Of a DNA stretch of 64,000 bases, positions 27,706 to 38,033 are shown piece after piece (within the stretch, counting starts at the first letter, position 1; each line of letters opens with the position of its first letter). Where the stretch lies: the NCBI GenBank assembly GCA_004297735.1, contig SCTI01000001.1, positions 190,435 through 254,434 of the forward strand, read 5' to 3'. Position numbers and translations under genes: made by a program. The notes below the pieces were generated by a model. It saw only the letters and a list, made by a program, of their open reading frames with translations. It ran no database searches and was not told the DNA's origin. Source of the stretch: Patescibacteria group bacterium (GTDB taxonomy: Bacteria > Patescibacteriota > Saccharimonadia > UBA4664 > SCTI01).

Positions 27706-28884
27706 TTAGTTGCCAATAATGTATAACTGGCGCTCGGCTCGGGTAACAGCCGTATACAACCAGCGCCGCCAGTCCTCATCGCTCATGTGACGATTGCGCT
27801 CTTCGAACAGCAACACCGTATCGGCCTGTGAGCCCTGGGCCTTATGCACAGTCAAGGCGTAACCAAAATCAAACAAGTCGCCTCGATTCTTTTTGCCGGT
27901 TGGCGGATCGGGTACCGGCGAGACGGTAGCGCTAGCCCCAAACTGCTGGCGCAATAAAAAGCCATCGTAGGCCCGATCATCGATCTTAAGCTCGGCCTGC
28001 CACCACAATGAGTCCGGGTCATTTTCGGCTGGACGCAGATGCTCAATTACCCCCGTCATGCCGTTATACAGCTTGGCGGTAGAGTGGTTACGCAAACAAA
28101 TCACGTGCTCTCCCGCTACCGGCTCGTCGCCCTCAAACCCCAACTTGGCGCGCAGTGTGTGGTTGAGCTTAACGCGAGTGTGATTGTAGCCACAAAGAAC
28201 CAGCCAGTCCGGCCGCCATTGCTCTAACAGCTCCTCCATCTGATGGCCAATCATATCGCTAGCCCGGTCAAGTTTGAGTACCGCTTCGCCGTACTTCCCG
28301 GCCGGTATCTCACCGGTGGTGCGAGCCATGGTCGCGACCTCAATAATTGGGCTATCAATGGCCTGGCGGTAAACCCGCTCAAGCCTAATCATTGGTTCGG
28401 CCATTAAATTAAAGTTGCTGCCCACCGGAGGAAGCTGGCCGTGATCACCCACCGCCAAGATGGGTATCTTAAAGGCCAGTAGATCGTTCCAGATGTCTGC
28501 GGTCACCATGCTGGCCTCATCAACCACAATTAGCTCTACGTCCAAGTTAGACTTGCGTCGCCAGCCAACCACATGTCCGCTAGCATCGGTCTCAGTGTTG
28601 TAGATTAAGCTGTGAATTGTACCAATGGTGTCGCTGCGACGGACTATTTTTTGGCGACGCAAGGTCTGTTCTAGCACTCGAACCGCCTTGCCGGTAAAGG
28701 CACAAAAAGCGACTTTGGTGTCAGGATAGTTCTCCTTGAGCGCCTGGCGCACATATCCGATCAAGGTTGTTTTACCGGTGCCGGCGTAACCGCCCAGAGT
28801 TAAATATGGCGACGGCTTGGTCCTAAACCAGGCGCCAATGGTTCGCATGGCCTGGGCCTGATCTGAAGACAATGTGTAACTCAT
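27706..28884 (-). CDS. RecD/Pif1-like SF1 helicase (AAA ATPase)
   Basis: 392 aa. Walker A GYAGTGKTT, Walker B LIVVDEASM, motif VI-like TVHKAQGSQ. Confidence 0.65.
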   Translation of the reverse strand: MSYTLSSDQAQAMRTIGAWFRTKPSPYLTLGGYAGTGKTTLIGYVRQALKENYPDTKVAFCAFTGKAVRVLEQTLRRQKIVRRSDTIGTIHSLIYNTETDASGHVVGWRRKSNLDVELIVVDEASMVTADIWNDLLAFKIPILAVGDHGQLPPVGSNFNLMAEPMIRLERVYRQAIDSPIIEVATMARTTGEIPAGKYGEAVLKLDRASDMIGHQMEELLEQWRPDWLVLCGYNHTRVKLNHTLRAKLGFEGDEPVAGEHVICLRNHSTAKLYNGMTGVIEHLRPAENDPDSLWWQAELKIDDRAYDGFLLRQQFGASATVSPVPDPPTGKKNRGDLFDFGYALTVHKAQGSQADTVLLFEERNRHMSDEDWRRWLYTAVTRAERQLYIIGN

Positions 28885-28945
28885 CCACCCTAGTGTAGCA
28901 AAGTTGGCAAGATGACCAATGCTTAACTTCAGCCTCTAACTTAGG

Positions 28946-29182
28946 ATGAGCTTAAAGGTGGAGGGCAAGTTTATGGCAACGCTAAAACAACATCGCAACC
29001 GCAAGTGGGCGCATGCGGTATTGGATGCAAATCTCGATCCAATTAATAAGGTTCAAAAGTTGGTAGCCCTAGGCTACGAGCAAGAAGATGCCGAATTGAT
29101 GGTCTGGCAGCACCAAGAAGCGTCGCACCAAATGGTTTACTACGAGCAGTTACCGCAACCGGAGTACGGAAGAAAGAAGTAG
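28946..29182 (+). CDS. Hypothetical protein
   Basis: 78-aa ORF with an RBS-like ggtggag upstream. Confidence 0.3.
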   Translation: MSLKVEGKFMATLKQHRNRKWAHAVLDANLDPINKVQKLVALGYEQEDAELMVWQHQEASHQMVYYEQLPQPEYGRKK

Positions 29183-29235
29183 CCAAATTAACCAATTGTT
29201 AGGCTTTAACCTTAAATTACCGGTATACTAAGGCC

Positions 29236-30072
29236 ATGAAATATGGCGTACACATCTCAACCGCCGGCAATCTGCCGGGCACACCGGCAAGAGCCAAAGC
29301 GATGGGGGCAGAGGTGCTCCAGTTTTTTGCTGGCAGCCCTCGCACCTTTAAGCAGCCCGTCTACGATGACGAGATTGCTACAAAGTTTAAGCAAGCTGCT
29401 GCCGAAATTGATATGCCCACCTATATCCACATGATGTATCTGACCGCCTATGGCACGCCAGATGATGGCTTGCGCGCCAAATCGGTGGCCGCTGCCAAAC
29501 AGACCATGGAGAACGCTGAAAAGCTGGGAGTAAAGGGTGTTGTGACGCATATGGGATCACACAAGGGGCTGGGGGTTGAAGCGGTCATGGATAAGCTGGT
29601 TGAAAGCTTGCAGACCGTCCTTGAACCGGTTAAAGACAGCCGGCTGCTACTTGAAATTTCGGCCGGCTCAGGCGGTAATGTCGGCAACTGTATTGAGGAG
29701 CTAGCGGCCATATACGAAGCTATGGGCCGAGATGAACGGCTGGGTTTCTGCCTTGATACCTGCCACATGTTTGCCGGTGGCTACGAAGTCAACACCGTGG
29801 ATGGCTGGGAGGCGGCGCTGGCTAAATTTGATGAGCTGATTGGGCTCGACAAAATGCCGGTTTTCCACTTAAACGACTCTAAAACCGAACTAGGTAGTAA
29901 ACGCGACCGACACGAAAACATTGGCAAAGGATTTATTGGAGAGGATGGTTTTCGAGCAATTCTTAATAACCCGCGGGTCAAAGACAAGGTCGGAATCTTA
30001 GAAGTTCCAGGTTTAGATGGTAAGGGCCCAGACAAGCCTAACCTCGATAAGCTGCGAGAGCTGACCGCTTAA
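29236..30072 (+). CDS. nfo: Endonuclease IV (AP endonuclease family 2)
   Basis: 278 aa. TIM-barrel AP endonuclease family 2 motifs (MKYGVHIS..., HMGSH, CLDTCH). Confidence 0.85.
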   Translation: MKYGVHISTAGNLPGTPARAKAMGAEVLQFFAGSPRTFKQPVYDDEIATKFKQAAAEIDMPTYIHMMYLTAYGTPDDGLRAKSVAAAKQTMENAEKLGVKGVVTHMGSHKGLGVEAVMDKLVESLQTVLEPVKDSRLLLEISAGSGGNVGNCIEELAAIYEAMGRDERLGFCLDTCHMFAGGYEVNTVDGWEAALAKFDELIGLDKMPVFHLNDSKTELGSKRDRHENIGKGFIGEDGFRAILNNPRVKDKVGILEVPGLDGKGPDKPNLDKLRELTA

Positions 30073-30077
30073 CGCCA

Positions 30078-30938
30078 ATGCCGGTCAGTTTCACCAACCA
30101 AACCGATCAGCCGCTCTTTCCGGAAATTTTATGGAGCCGACCGACCTTAAAGAGTCGGGGAGGCAGACTGCTGATTGTCGGCGGACACAAACATGAGTTT
30201 AGCCAGGTGCAGGCGATTTATCAGGTTGCCGAAGCAGCCGGAGCGGGCTATGTTCAAGCTGCCTTACCGGACACGCTAAAGCCTTTAATTGGCGGGGGAG
30301 AGTTTGGTCATTTTTTGCCAGCTACCGCATCTGGCTCGCTGGGGAGGGCAGCACTTGGTGAGCTTGAGCATTTAGCCAAGGATTATGACGCGGTAATTAT
30401 TGGCGCCAACTTAACCAATAATTCAGAAACCGGCATTTTAATTGAGTCGCTAATTAAAAAAACCGAACAGCCGGTAGTTATTACCGAGGAGACCATCGGA
30501 ACGCTTAAATTTTATCCTGATTTAATTACCGGCAACCCGAAAGCACTAGTTACCGCGACCATGAACGGCTTGTTTGCACTCGCCAATAACCATCACATGC
30601 CTCTGGCCATCAAGCCCAACAGCGGCATGATTGGTAAGCTAGAGATTCTGCAACAGCTTATTGATATTAGTCGCTGCAGCTATGTCATCTTTGACCAAGA
30701 GATGATCGTAGCTAGCGAAGGAGAGATCAGTGTCACGCCGCTCAAAACCAGCCTATCTGGGCGGCAGGGTATAGTAACCGCCCTATCCTCGATCTTCTGG
30801 CTCCAGCATCGCGACAAGCCATTTACGGCCCTAACTACAGCAGCTTATGTCGCCGGTCAACTAACAGAGGCCGACCTAGCCACAGTCAGCGCTACGTCCC
30901 AGGCAATTCGCCGAGTTTTTAACAAGTTTGAGGATTAA
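30078..30938 (+). CDS. Divergent YjeF-C-like (NAD(P)H-hydrate dehydratase-fold) protein
   Basis: 286 aa. Glycine-rich RLLIVGGHKHE...AGAGYV and overall layout loosely resemble the YjeF C-terminal carbohydrate-kinase fold. Catalytic motifs are not clearly conserved. Confidence 0.35.
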   Translation: MPVSFTNQTDQPLFPEILWSRPTLKSRGGRLLIVGGHKHEFSQVQAIYQVAEAAGAGYVQAALPDTLKPLIGGGEFGHFLPATASGSLGRAALGELEHLAKDYDAVIIGANLTNNSETGILIESLIKKTEQPVVITEETIGTLKFYPDLITGNPKALVTATMNGLFALANNHHMPLAIKPNSGMIGKLEILQQLIDISRCSYVIFDQEMIVASEGEISVTPLKTSLSGRQGIVTALSSIFWLQHRDKPFTALTTAAYVAGQLTEADLATVSATSQAIRRVFNKFED

Positions 30939-31566
30939 CGTGGATTTTACCGATACTAACAAAAAAACCATCCAGGTATATGAAGAAAACATCGATAAGT
31001 TTGTCGATAAAACAGCTAGCACCTGCAACAATATGCCGCGTGAGTGGATTGATCTTGCGCTTAAGATGATGCCCGTCAATCAAAAGATATTGGAGTTAGG
31101 GAGTGCCACCGGTCGTGATGCCGTCTATATCAAGGATCTTGGTTATGATATTCGTTGCACGGACATCGTTGATGGTTTTTTGAAGATATTAAAAGAGCGA
31201 GGGCTTAGCCCCGACAAGCTTAATGCTATTACCGACGACATCGGTGGATCATATGGCATGGTCCTGGCAAACTGCGTTTTTCTGCACTTTAATAATGAGG
31301 AGCTCCACTCAGTACTCAAAAAGACCCACGAAACACTTACCTCGCGTGGTGTTTTGGCCTGCTCATTCATGCTCGGTCAGGGTGAGATGTGGAGGAATCA
31401 CAAGGTGGCTGGCCGGTATTTTCACCTATGGCAGCCAGAAGAAATTATGGCCGTCCTTCGCCAACACGGCTTTAAAACCGAGTACATGAGGGCAGGCGAC
31501 CTACCTAGCTACGCCGATAAGTTTTACATTATTGCAACTAAAATCCCCACCGAGAAGTCCGTTTAA
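30928..31566 (+). CDS. Class I SAM-dependent methyltransferase
   Basis: 212 aa. Motif I ILELGSATGRDAVYI. Confidence 0.6.
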   Translation: MRINVDFTDTNKKTIQVYEENIDKFVDKTASTCNNMPREWIDLALKMMPVNQKILELGSATGRDAVYIKDLGYDIRCTDIVDGFLKILKERGLSPDKLNAITDDIGGSYGMVLANCVFLHFNNEELHSVLKKTHETLTSRGVLACSFMLGQGEMWRNHKVAGRYFHLWQPEEIMAVLRQHGFKTEYMRAGDLPSYADKFYIIATKIPTEKSV

Positions 31567-31578
31567 TAATTATTTAAT
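31563..31578 (+). repeat. AT-rich 16-nt motif TTAATAATTATTTAAT (copy 1; also at 41912-41927, variant at 60012-60027)
   Basis: Overlaps the stop codon of the upstream gene and heads a conserved leader for the coiled-coil paralog genes. Confidence 0.5.
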
Positions 31579-31623
31579 ATTTGTGTGAGATATTAGGGCT
31601 AATATAAACAAGTGAGGTAGTTT

Positions 31624-31956
31624 ATGAACAAAGCCGCATCAAATCAATCAGCCACAATCGAAGCCGTGCTTCATGCCGTCAACCAGTTGCGCGAAAGTTT
31701 TAGCGCATTTGGAGGCAGATTGGACTCACTAGAAAATAGGTTTGATTCGCTGGAGGGTCGGTTCGATAAGCTTGAGTCAAAGGTTGAGCGCGGGTTTGCA
31801 AGGCAGGACTTACGCATGGATGGATTAGAAAATCGTGTTAAGCATATTGAAAAAACTATGGAAATGGTTCATCGGAAAATTGACGTAACTACCGACAGAC
31901 TAGACGATCACACCTTGCGAATAGTTCGACTGGAGCAAAGACCAATCGAATCTTAA
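31624..31956 (+). CDS. Coiled-coil repeat protein, paralog of 41978..42376
   Basis: 110 aa with repeats LE(N/G)RFD(S/K)LE similar to (I/V)EGR(L/M)(D/G)SIEGRM in the paralog. Confidence 0.5.
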   Translation: MNKAASNQSATIEAVLHAVNQLRESFSAFGGRLDSLENRFDSLEGRFDKLESKVERGFARQDLRMDGLENRVKHIEKTMEMVHRKIDVTTDRLDDHTLRIVRLEQRPIES

Positions 31957-31992
31957 GTTTGCAAAACTACAAATAAACAAGTCTATAAGTCC

Positions 31993-32079
31993 TGGTACCG
32001 CTGGTCGGGCTCGAACCGACATGAGGTTGCCCTCACGGGATTTTGAGTCCCGCGTGTCTACCAATTCCACCACAGCGGC
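31993..32079 (-). tRNA. tRNA-Leu (anticodon CAA), class II with long variable arm
   Basis: Reverse complement gives GCCGCTG-TG-GTGGAATTGGTAGACAC-G-CGGGA CTCAAAA TCCCG-TGAGGGCAACCTCATGT-CGGTTCGAGCCCG-ACCAGCGGT-A-CCA. Anticodon CAA. G1-U72 wobble in the acceptor stem. Confidence 0.8.
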
Positions 32080-32156
32080 GCACGTATTGCTGTAAAATTC
32101 AGCTACTCCTTGGAGAACGAACGTAAAAAGATTACCATATAAGTATAGTGAATTAA

Positions 32157-33194
32157 ATGGTTTTAATGAGTCACGCCCACATCGCCCGATTTCCAACTCA
32201 ACCGGCCCGCCGCAAAGCCAACGATCCCGACGCAGCCACCCAGGCCCGAAAACGGATTGCCGAGCTACCGGACCTCTACCAGCAGCACGCTGCTCCAGAC
32301 AAGGAGCAGCTAGTTGGGTTGGTGCAACCTACTAGCATCGCGGCTGAACAGACCGCGCCGACCGGCCTATTGCGCAAGCCACTCCAAACCGCGCCGATTC
32401 TGCCAACAGCTGATGTTGCCATACCGGTTGACCTACCGGGTGAGCACTTTGAGGAGCCAAGTCATTCAATACCCACATGGCGAAAATTATTCGACAAGGT
32501 GCGACCATTTGGCATCGGTATTGCCACCTTCGCCTTACTTTTCTTGGTTTACAAGGCGCCAATCTTTTTAAGCCAAATTAGTTATTTAACCTCGGATAAA
32601 CCGGCCACCGTTTCTACTAACACCACTCCGCAGGTCGGACCCGACCCGGTGATCAGCATACCCAAGATAAACGTCACCGCACCGATAGTGTTTGCAAAGA
32701 GCAATGTGGAGTCGGAAATTCAAAAGGACTTGCAGTCTGGTGTGGTGCACTATGCCAATACCGCCAACCCCGGAGAGCCGGGCAATAGTGTAATATTTGG
32801 TCACTCCTCGAACGACTGGTGGGAGCCAGGTAACTATAAGTTTGTTTTTGTACTGCTAGAGCGCATGGCGGTTGGCGATAGCTTTACGGTTAACTACAAC
32901 TCCCAGCAGTACGTTTACCAGGTAACCGAAACCAAGGTAGTGGAGCCTAACGACTTGAGCGTGCTCAATAGCGACGGGTCACACCAATTAACCTTAATCA
33001 CCTGTACACCACCAGGTACGAGCTGGCGACGCTTTATTGTAAAAGCTAAGCAAATCAGCCCCGAACCAACCACGACTGCGCCAGCGGCCAAATCAACCAG
33101 CGATTTTGACGGCAAGCAGCTTACCGGGACCTCAACCAACCTAACCGATCAGTTAGCAAACTGGTGGCGAAAGGTTACTGGCGGATCTGAATAG
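32157..33194 (+). CDS. Sortase (membrane-anchored transpeptidase)
   Basis: 345 aa. TM segment PFGIGIATFALLFLV. Catalytic His (VIFGHSS) and TLITC motif with the active Cys. Confidence 0.7.
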   Translation: MVLMSHAHIARFPTQPARRKANDPDAATQARKRIAELPDLYQQHAAPDKEQLVGLVQPTSIAAEQTAPTGLLRKPLQTAPILPTADVAIPVDLPGEHFEEPSHSIPTWRKLFDKVRPFGIGIATFALLFLVYKAPIFLSQISYLTSDKPATVSTNTTPQVGPDPVISIPKINVTAPIVFAKSNVESEIQKDLQSGVVHYANTANPGEPGNSVIFGHSSNDWWEPGNYKFVFVLLERMAVGDSFTVNYNSQQYVYQVTETKVVEPNDLSVLNSDGSHQLTLITCTPPGTSWRRFIVKAKQISPEPTTTAPAAKSTSDFDGKQLTGTSTNLTDQLANWWRKVTGGSE

Positions 33195-34557
33195 ATCGAA
33201 TCTGCATTGAGCCGCTAGAGGTCTGAGCAACCACAAATAGCGATTTGTCGTCAGGCGAATTAAAGGGCGGTAAACCATTTACTCGGGTAATGCCGGTGGC
33301 ATAGTTACCGTCGTATTCGGATAACACCGCCTTGCCATCCTGAACGTACTGCAAATGATAGTTATCAAACCAGCTAATGCCGCCGATTGGGCTGGAGCCG
33401 GTGGATAGATTGTACAGCTTGGATAGCTCTTGATCGTAGTTTGCTACGCCAGCGGCGGAGGTTATGAGCAAGAAGCGGCCATCTCCATTAAAGCTAAGGT
33501 TGCCCGATGGCGTTTGAACCGCAATCGGTGTTAGTGAATCGGCATCAACATTAGGGTAAAGCAGAGTTTTTTGTTGATCCGGAACTGCCACAGCTACCTG
33601 CGGCACATTAATATAGGATGAGTAAGCCACATCGTAACTGGCGCTTGGCGGCAAACTTTCAACCAGTTGTCGCTTTTGGCCACCGCGGTTTACCTGCCAT
33701 AAGGACGGCTTGGGGGTAGCGTTGCTAACGTAAAATATACGGTCCCCGGCATCAGCATATGCCAAAACGCCTCTAGCCAGTGGCTCTGATACCGAGCGAT
33801 CATTGATATCGATCCGTCGCAAACCTTCGGGTGAGGACCATAGCAACTGACTGCTATCGGCCTTACTAAAGCGCGAAGCCAAAACGTTGGTTTTAAACAT
33901 GTCATTTAAATCAATTGGACTGCCCGAACCATTGGCGGCCAATACTAGACCGGTCTCGCCAGCGGCACTCGTCTTTTTAACGAGTACTTTAGAGGCATCA
34001 TCGGCCCACGACAGAACCTCTAGCTTCTCTAGCGGCTGGCCGGCTGGGTCAAGAGGAATGGTGTAAATCCGCTCGGTTTTTTGGTTACGCGCATTAAGCA
34101 TCCAAAGCCCGGCCTCCTGGCCACCAGGGACAATATAGGCTATGCGACTGCGATCGCCGCTAGACACAAACTGCTGGATCGCTGGGTAGGTTGAAATATC
34201 GCTAACCTCAAAGCGCTGGGGCATAAGCAATACATACTGTGTTGCCGTTACTCTCGAAGGAATTATCTCAACCTCTTTGGTCCAAGTTCGGTAGCCATCT
34301 TTGGCTAAAGAGTAGGTGTAGGTGCCACCCTCAAGGCTTTTACGATAAGGCGTGGTGTCGTTAAGATCGCGTCCGTTTAAGCTAACGGCGGAATTTGACG
34401 GCTTAGATTCAAGCAGCAATAAACCACGATGAACCAACCGCCCAGCCTTCAAGTCATAGCTGTAGCCGTTCCCGTAAGCTACCAAAACTACGGTGCCGCC
34501 AATAACAATGACAGCGCCTAGTATGTAGCCGCCAATAATAATGATTCGACGTAACAT
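33175..34557 (-). CDS. PEGA-domain/beta-propeller surface protein
   Basis: 460 aa. N-terminal TM. PEGA-like block GGTYTYSLAKDGYRTWTKEVEI. Downstream WD/TolB-like repeats. Confidence 0.5.
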   Translation of the reverse strand: MLRRIIIIGGYILGAVIVIGGTVVLVAYGNGYSYDLKAGRLVHRGLLLLESKPSNSAVSLNGRDLNDTTPYRKSLEGGTYTYSLAKDGYRTWTKEVEIIPSRVTATQYVLLMPQRFEVSDISTYPAIQQFVSSGDRSRIAYIVPGGQEAGLWMLNARNQKTERIYTIPLDPAGQPLEKLEVLSWADDASKVLVKKTSAAGETGLVLAANGSGSPIDLNDMFKTNVLASRFSKADSSQLLWSSPEGLRRIDINDRSVSEPLARGVLAYADAGDRIFYVSNATPKPSLWQVNRGGQKRQLVESLPPSASYDVAYSSYINVPQVAVAVPDQQKTLLYPNVDADSLTPIAVQTPSGNLSFNGDGRFLLITSAAGVANYDQELSKLYNLSTGSSPIGGISWFDNYHLQYVQDGKAVLSEYDGNYATGITRVNGLPPFNSPDDKSLFVVAQTSSGSMQIRSIQIRQ

Positions 34558-34643
34558 AATCGACTTACACTATACGCCAGACAGCCTAAAAATTAAAGCT
34601 CAGGTGGCATGGTTGAGTAGGTGCCGGTATAATACATGGCAGT

Positions 34644-35651
34644 ATGTTCGGAAAGCGTCTGGCAATTGATTTAGGTACCACTCGCGTATTGGTTTATGAA
34701 CCAAAGCGCGGCTTGGTGATTAACGAGCCAAGTGTGGTGGCGGTCAGTACTGCCGACAAAAGTATTGTGGCGATTGGCGAGGACGCCAAAGAGATGCTTG
34801 GTCGCACCCCCGACACAATTGTCGCCTCACACCCACTTAAAGATGGTGTGATTGCCGATTACCACATCACTCAAGCCATGATTAAGCACTACATCAACAA
34901 GGTGCTAGGCGGATTTCGTTTAACCCGCCCCGATATCATGATTACGGTACCGGCGGGGGCGACCTCAACTGAACGGCGGGCGGTGGTTGATGCAACCTTA
35001 GCCGGTGGCGCTCGTGCCGCTTATATTATTCGTGAGCCAATTGCGGCCGCGCTTGGTGCCGGTATTCCAATTGCGGCGGCGGCCGGCAACATGGTAGTAG
35101 ACATTGGTGGAGGCACCACCGAAATTGCGATCCTGAGCCTGGGTGGCGTAGTGGCCCAAAACTCGGTTCGAGTTGGAGGTAACAAACTTGATGCCGCTAT
35201 TGCTGAGGGGATTCGCCGCAACCACAGCCTCGCTATTGGCGCTCAAACCGCCGAACAAATTAAACACACCATTGGTAGCGCTTTGACACCAAAAACCAAA
35301 AAAACCATGGAGGTGCGTGGGCGTGATGTAGTGGCCGGCCTGCCAAAAACCGTTACCATAACCGCCAGCGAGATTACCACCTACATGGCTGACGAGTTAG
35401 AAAAAATTGTCTTGGCAATTAAAAGCGTGCTCGAACAGACTCCACCGGAGCTTTCGAGCGACATTATCGATCGAGGCATGATTTTAACCGGAGGCGGTGC
35501 CCTACTAACCGACCTAGACAAGTTACTAACCAGCATCACCGGGGTACCCTGCGTGGTGGCCGAAGATGCTCAGCTGTGTGTAGCCAGAGGGGCTGGAATC
35601 GCCCTTGATAACCTTGGTGAGTACAAGCGAAGTCTGGCTGGGCTGTCTTAA
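34644..35651 (+). CDS. mreB: Rod-shape determining protein MreB
   Basis: 335 aa. Actin-fold motifs LAIDLGTTRVLVY, DIGGGTTEIAI. Confidence 0.9.
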   Translation: MFGKRLAIDLGTTRVLVYEPKRGLVINEPSVVAVSTADKSIVAIGEDAKEMLGRTPDTIVASHPLKDGVIADYHITQAMIKHYINKVLGGFRLTRPDIMITVPAGATSTERRAVVDATLAGGARAAYIIREPIAAALGAGIPIAAAAGNMVVDIGGGTTEIAILSLGGVVAQNSVRVGGNKLDAAIAEGIRRNHSLAIGAQTAEQIKHTIGSALTPKTKKTMEVRGRDVVAGLPKTVTITASEITTYMADELEKIVLAIKSVLEQTPPELSSDIIDRGMILTGGGALLTDLDKLLTSITGVPCVVAEDAQLCVARGAGIALDNLGEYKRSLAGLS

Positions 35652-35652
35652 G

Positions 35653-36927
35653 ATGAGCTCCTTTAAGGTAAGTTCAGACTCCTTACGCAGCACCATTCAG
35701 TGGGGCGCTGTACTAATAGTTGCAATAATGCCGTTTCATGCCTTTTTAAGCGTATGGCTGGGCTCGTTGTTTGGCCATCAAGCCGCCTGGCAATCGTGGA
35801 AGGAGCTCTTAACCTTAATATTGGTGAGTTTGACGGTATGGTACGTTTATAAAAATCCGGGCGTGTTACAACGCTGGCGGCAGCCGCTATGGTATGCCGT
35901 AGCTGGTTTTGTAGCGATTGCCACGCTGGTGACCTTAGCGGCTTGGCCGGGCGCGACCGCGGCTGTGTTTGGCGCTAAAACCGATTTAGAGCCTTTAGTA
36001 GTGGCTGCAATTGCCGCCGTTGTAGCCGATCCCAAGCTGGTGCAGCGCCTGGTAAAAGTTCTGCTCGCTACCAGCGCAATTGTAGTAACTTTAGCGCTAT
36101 TACAGGTTTATATTCTGCCCAAAGAGTTTTTGAGCGGTTTTGGCTATAGCAGCTCAACCATTACACCTTACATGCTGGTCGATCCGGCTCTGCCTGCTAT
36201 CCGCGCTTTTGCCACGCTCGGCGGCGCCTTGCAGCTCGGCAGTTTTTTGTTGCTACCTCTGGCACTGGTGGCAGCACTAATGATTAGACAATTTCGCTGG
36301 TGGCAGCCAATTATGTTGCTGGCCACCGGCATGGCGCTGTGGCACACCCACTCTCGCGCCGCCTGGATTGGCGCAATTGTAGCGATTGGCGTAATAGTAA
36401 TCTTGCGACTACCAAGTAGGTGGAGGCTGCCATCGGCTTTAATCGGTATTGTGACGGCAGCAATTGGTTTGAACATCTTAATTAGCCTGTCATCCAGCTC
36501 ATCAACCCTGCAGTACTACCTGTTCCACGGAAGCATAAAAGCCACCGGCTACCAAACCTCAACCGAGCTACATGGGCTAGCGATTCAAACCGGCCAACAG
36601 GAGCTGCTGCGCCAGCCTTTGGGCCAGGGCCTTGGGACCGCTGGCCCAGCCTCTTACCACACCGATAGGCCACTAATACCGGAAAGTCAGTATCTTCAAA
36701 TTGGTATTGAAACCGGCTTTGTCGGGTTGGCGCTGTTTCTTATTATTCAAATCATTTTAGCGCTTCAACTGCTCAAGCGGCATGAACATTCTCCGCTGGC
36801 CACCGCCTTAGTGTCTAGTCTGGCTGGCATAGCGGTCTTAAACCTGGCTCTACATGGCTGGGCCGATAGCTCGACCGCCCTGGTGTACTGGGCGATGGCG
36901 GGTGCCTACATTGGAGCTGAATCATGA
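35653..36927 (+). CDS. O-antigen ligase/polymerase-like polytopic membrane protein
   Basis: About 425 aa, 10-12 TM, with a periplasmic loop containing WHTHSRAAWIG (Wzy_C-like). The six-frame ORF starts at 35605; the internal ATG at 35653 directly follows the mreB stop. Confidence 0.5.
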   Translation: MSSFKVSSDSLRSTIQWGAVLIVAIMPFHAFLSVWLGSLFGHQAAWQSWKELLTLILVSLTVWYVYKNPGVLQRWRQPLWYAVAGFVAIATLVTLAAWPGATAAVFGAKTDLEPLVVAAIAAVVADPKLVQRLVKVLLATSAIVVTLALLQVYILPKEFLSGFGYSSSTITPYMLVDPALPAIRAFATLGGALQLGSFLLLPLALVAALMIRQFRWWQPIMLLATGMALWHTHSRAAWIGAIVAIGVIVILRLPSRWRLPSALIGIVTAAIGLNILISLSSSSSTLQYYLFHGSIKATGYQTSTELHGLAIQTGQQELLRQPLGQGLGTAGPASYHTDRPLIPESQYLQIGIETGFVGLALFLIIQIILALQLLKRHEHSPLATALVSSLAGIAVLNLALHGWADSSTALVYWAMAGAYIGAES

Positions 36928-38033
36928 AGGTAGCCTTGGTCCATGACTGGCTCAACACCAAATATGGTGGTGCCGAACGGGTGCTTGAGCAGTTGGCTAA
37001 AATTTATCCGGAAGCTCCAATTCACACCTTAATCTACAACCAAGAGGCCGGAGGCAGTATCGACCCCTCACGGATTCGTACTAGCTGGCTACAGCGCTTG
37101 CCTCGCTGGCTGCAGCGACGATCCCGATACCTATTACCGTTAATTCCAACCGCTATTGAGCAGTTTGATTTAAGCCAATACGATGTGGTGATATCATCTT
37201 CGGCAGCATTTTCTAAGGGCGTCATCACCAAACCCGAAACGCTCCACGTCTGCTACTGCCATACCCCAACTCGTTTTGTGTGGGACTACTGGCCACGCTA
37301 CCTAAATGAGCAAAAGGTCGGGCCTTTGCGCCGAGCCGTAATTCACCGCTTAACCTCCAAGTTGCGTCTATGGGACTACTATAGTGCCGAACGCGTCGAT
37401 AGCTGGGTAGCCAACTCACAAACCACCGCTGCTCGCATCAATAAGTACTACCGCCAAAAGGTGGATGCCGTCATCTATCCGGGGGTTGAGGTTGAGCAGT
37501 TCAAGCCGGTCAAACCCGACCAAAAACAAGACTACTTTGTGACCCTGGGTATGTTAACACCGTACAAAAAGATCGACCTTGCCATAGCGGCTTGCAACCA
37601 ATTAAAACGACGATTGATTGTAATTGGTGACGGTCCCGATCGGGCGAGGTTAGAAAAACTGGCTGGGCCTACAATCGAGTTTGCTGGATACGTTGATAGC
37701 GCCACCAGATCTAAGTTGGTTGCTGAAGCTCAAGCCTTAATTTTTGCCAACGAAGAGGACTTTGGCATTGCGCCGGTTGAGGCGATGGCCGGAGGAACCG
37801 CGGTCATTGCCTACAACAAGGGCGGCCTAACTGAAACGGTGGTTGATGGTGTTACTGGATGTTTCTTTAACCAGCCTACAGCTGATTCTTTGGTAGAGTC
37901 ACTTAAAACATTCAAGGCTTCGGATTTTAAAACCAAAGCCCTGACCGATCAGGCTCAGAAATTTAGCCAGCAACGCTTTGCCGATAAAATACAGAGCTAT
38001 GTCAGCCAAAGGTACCAAGACTATGTCGGCTAA
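36924..38033 (+). CDS. Glycosyltransferase family 4 (GT-B)
   Basis: 369 aa. C-terminal EDFGIAPVEAMAGGTAVIAYNKGGLTETV motif. Confidence 0.8.
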   Translation: MKVALVHDWLNTKYGGAERVLEQLAKIYPEAPIHTLIYNQEAGGSIDPSRIRTSWLQRLPRWLQRRSRYLLPLIPTAIEQFDLSQYDVVISSSAAFSKGVITKPETLHVCYCHTPTRFVWDYWPRYLNEQKVGPLRRAVIHRLTSKLRLWDYYSAERVDSWVANSQTTAARINKYYRQKVDAVIYPGVEVEQFKPVKPDQKQDYFVTLGMLTPYKKIDLAIAACNQLKRRLIVIGDGPDRARLEKLAGPTIEFAGYVDSATRSKLVAEAQALIFANEEDFGIAPVEAMAGGTAVIAYNKGGLTETVVDGVTGCFFNQPTADSLVESLKTFKASDFKTKALTDQAQKFSQQRFADKIQSYVSQRYQDYVG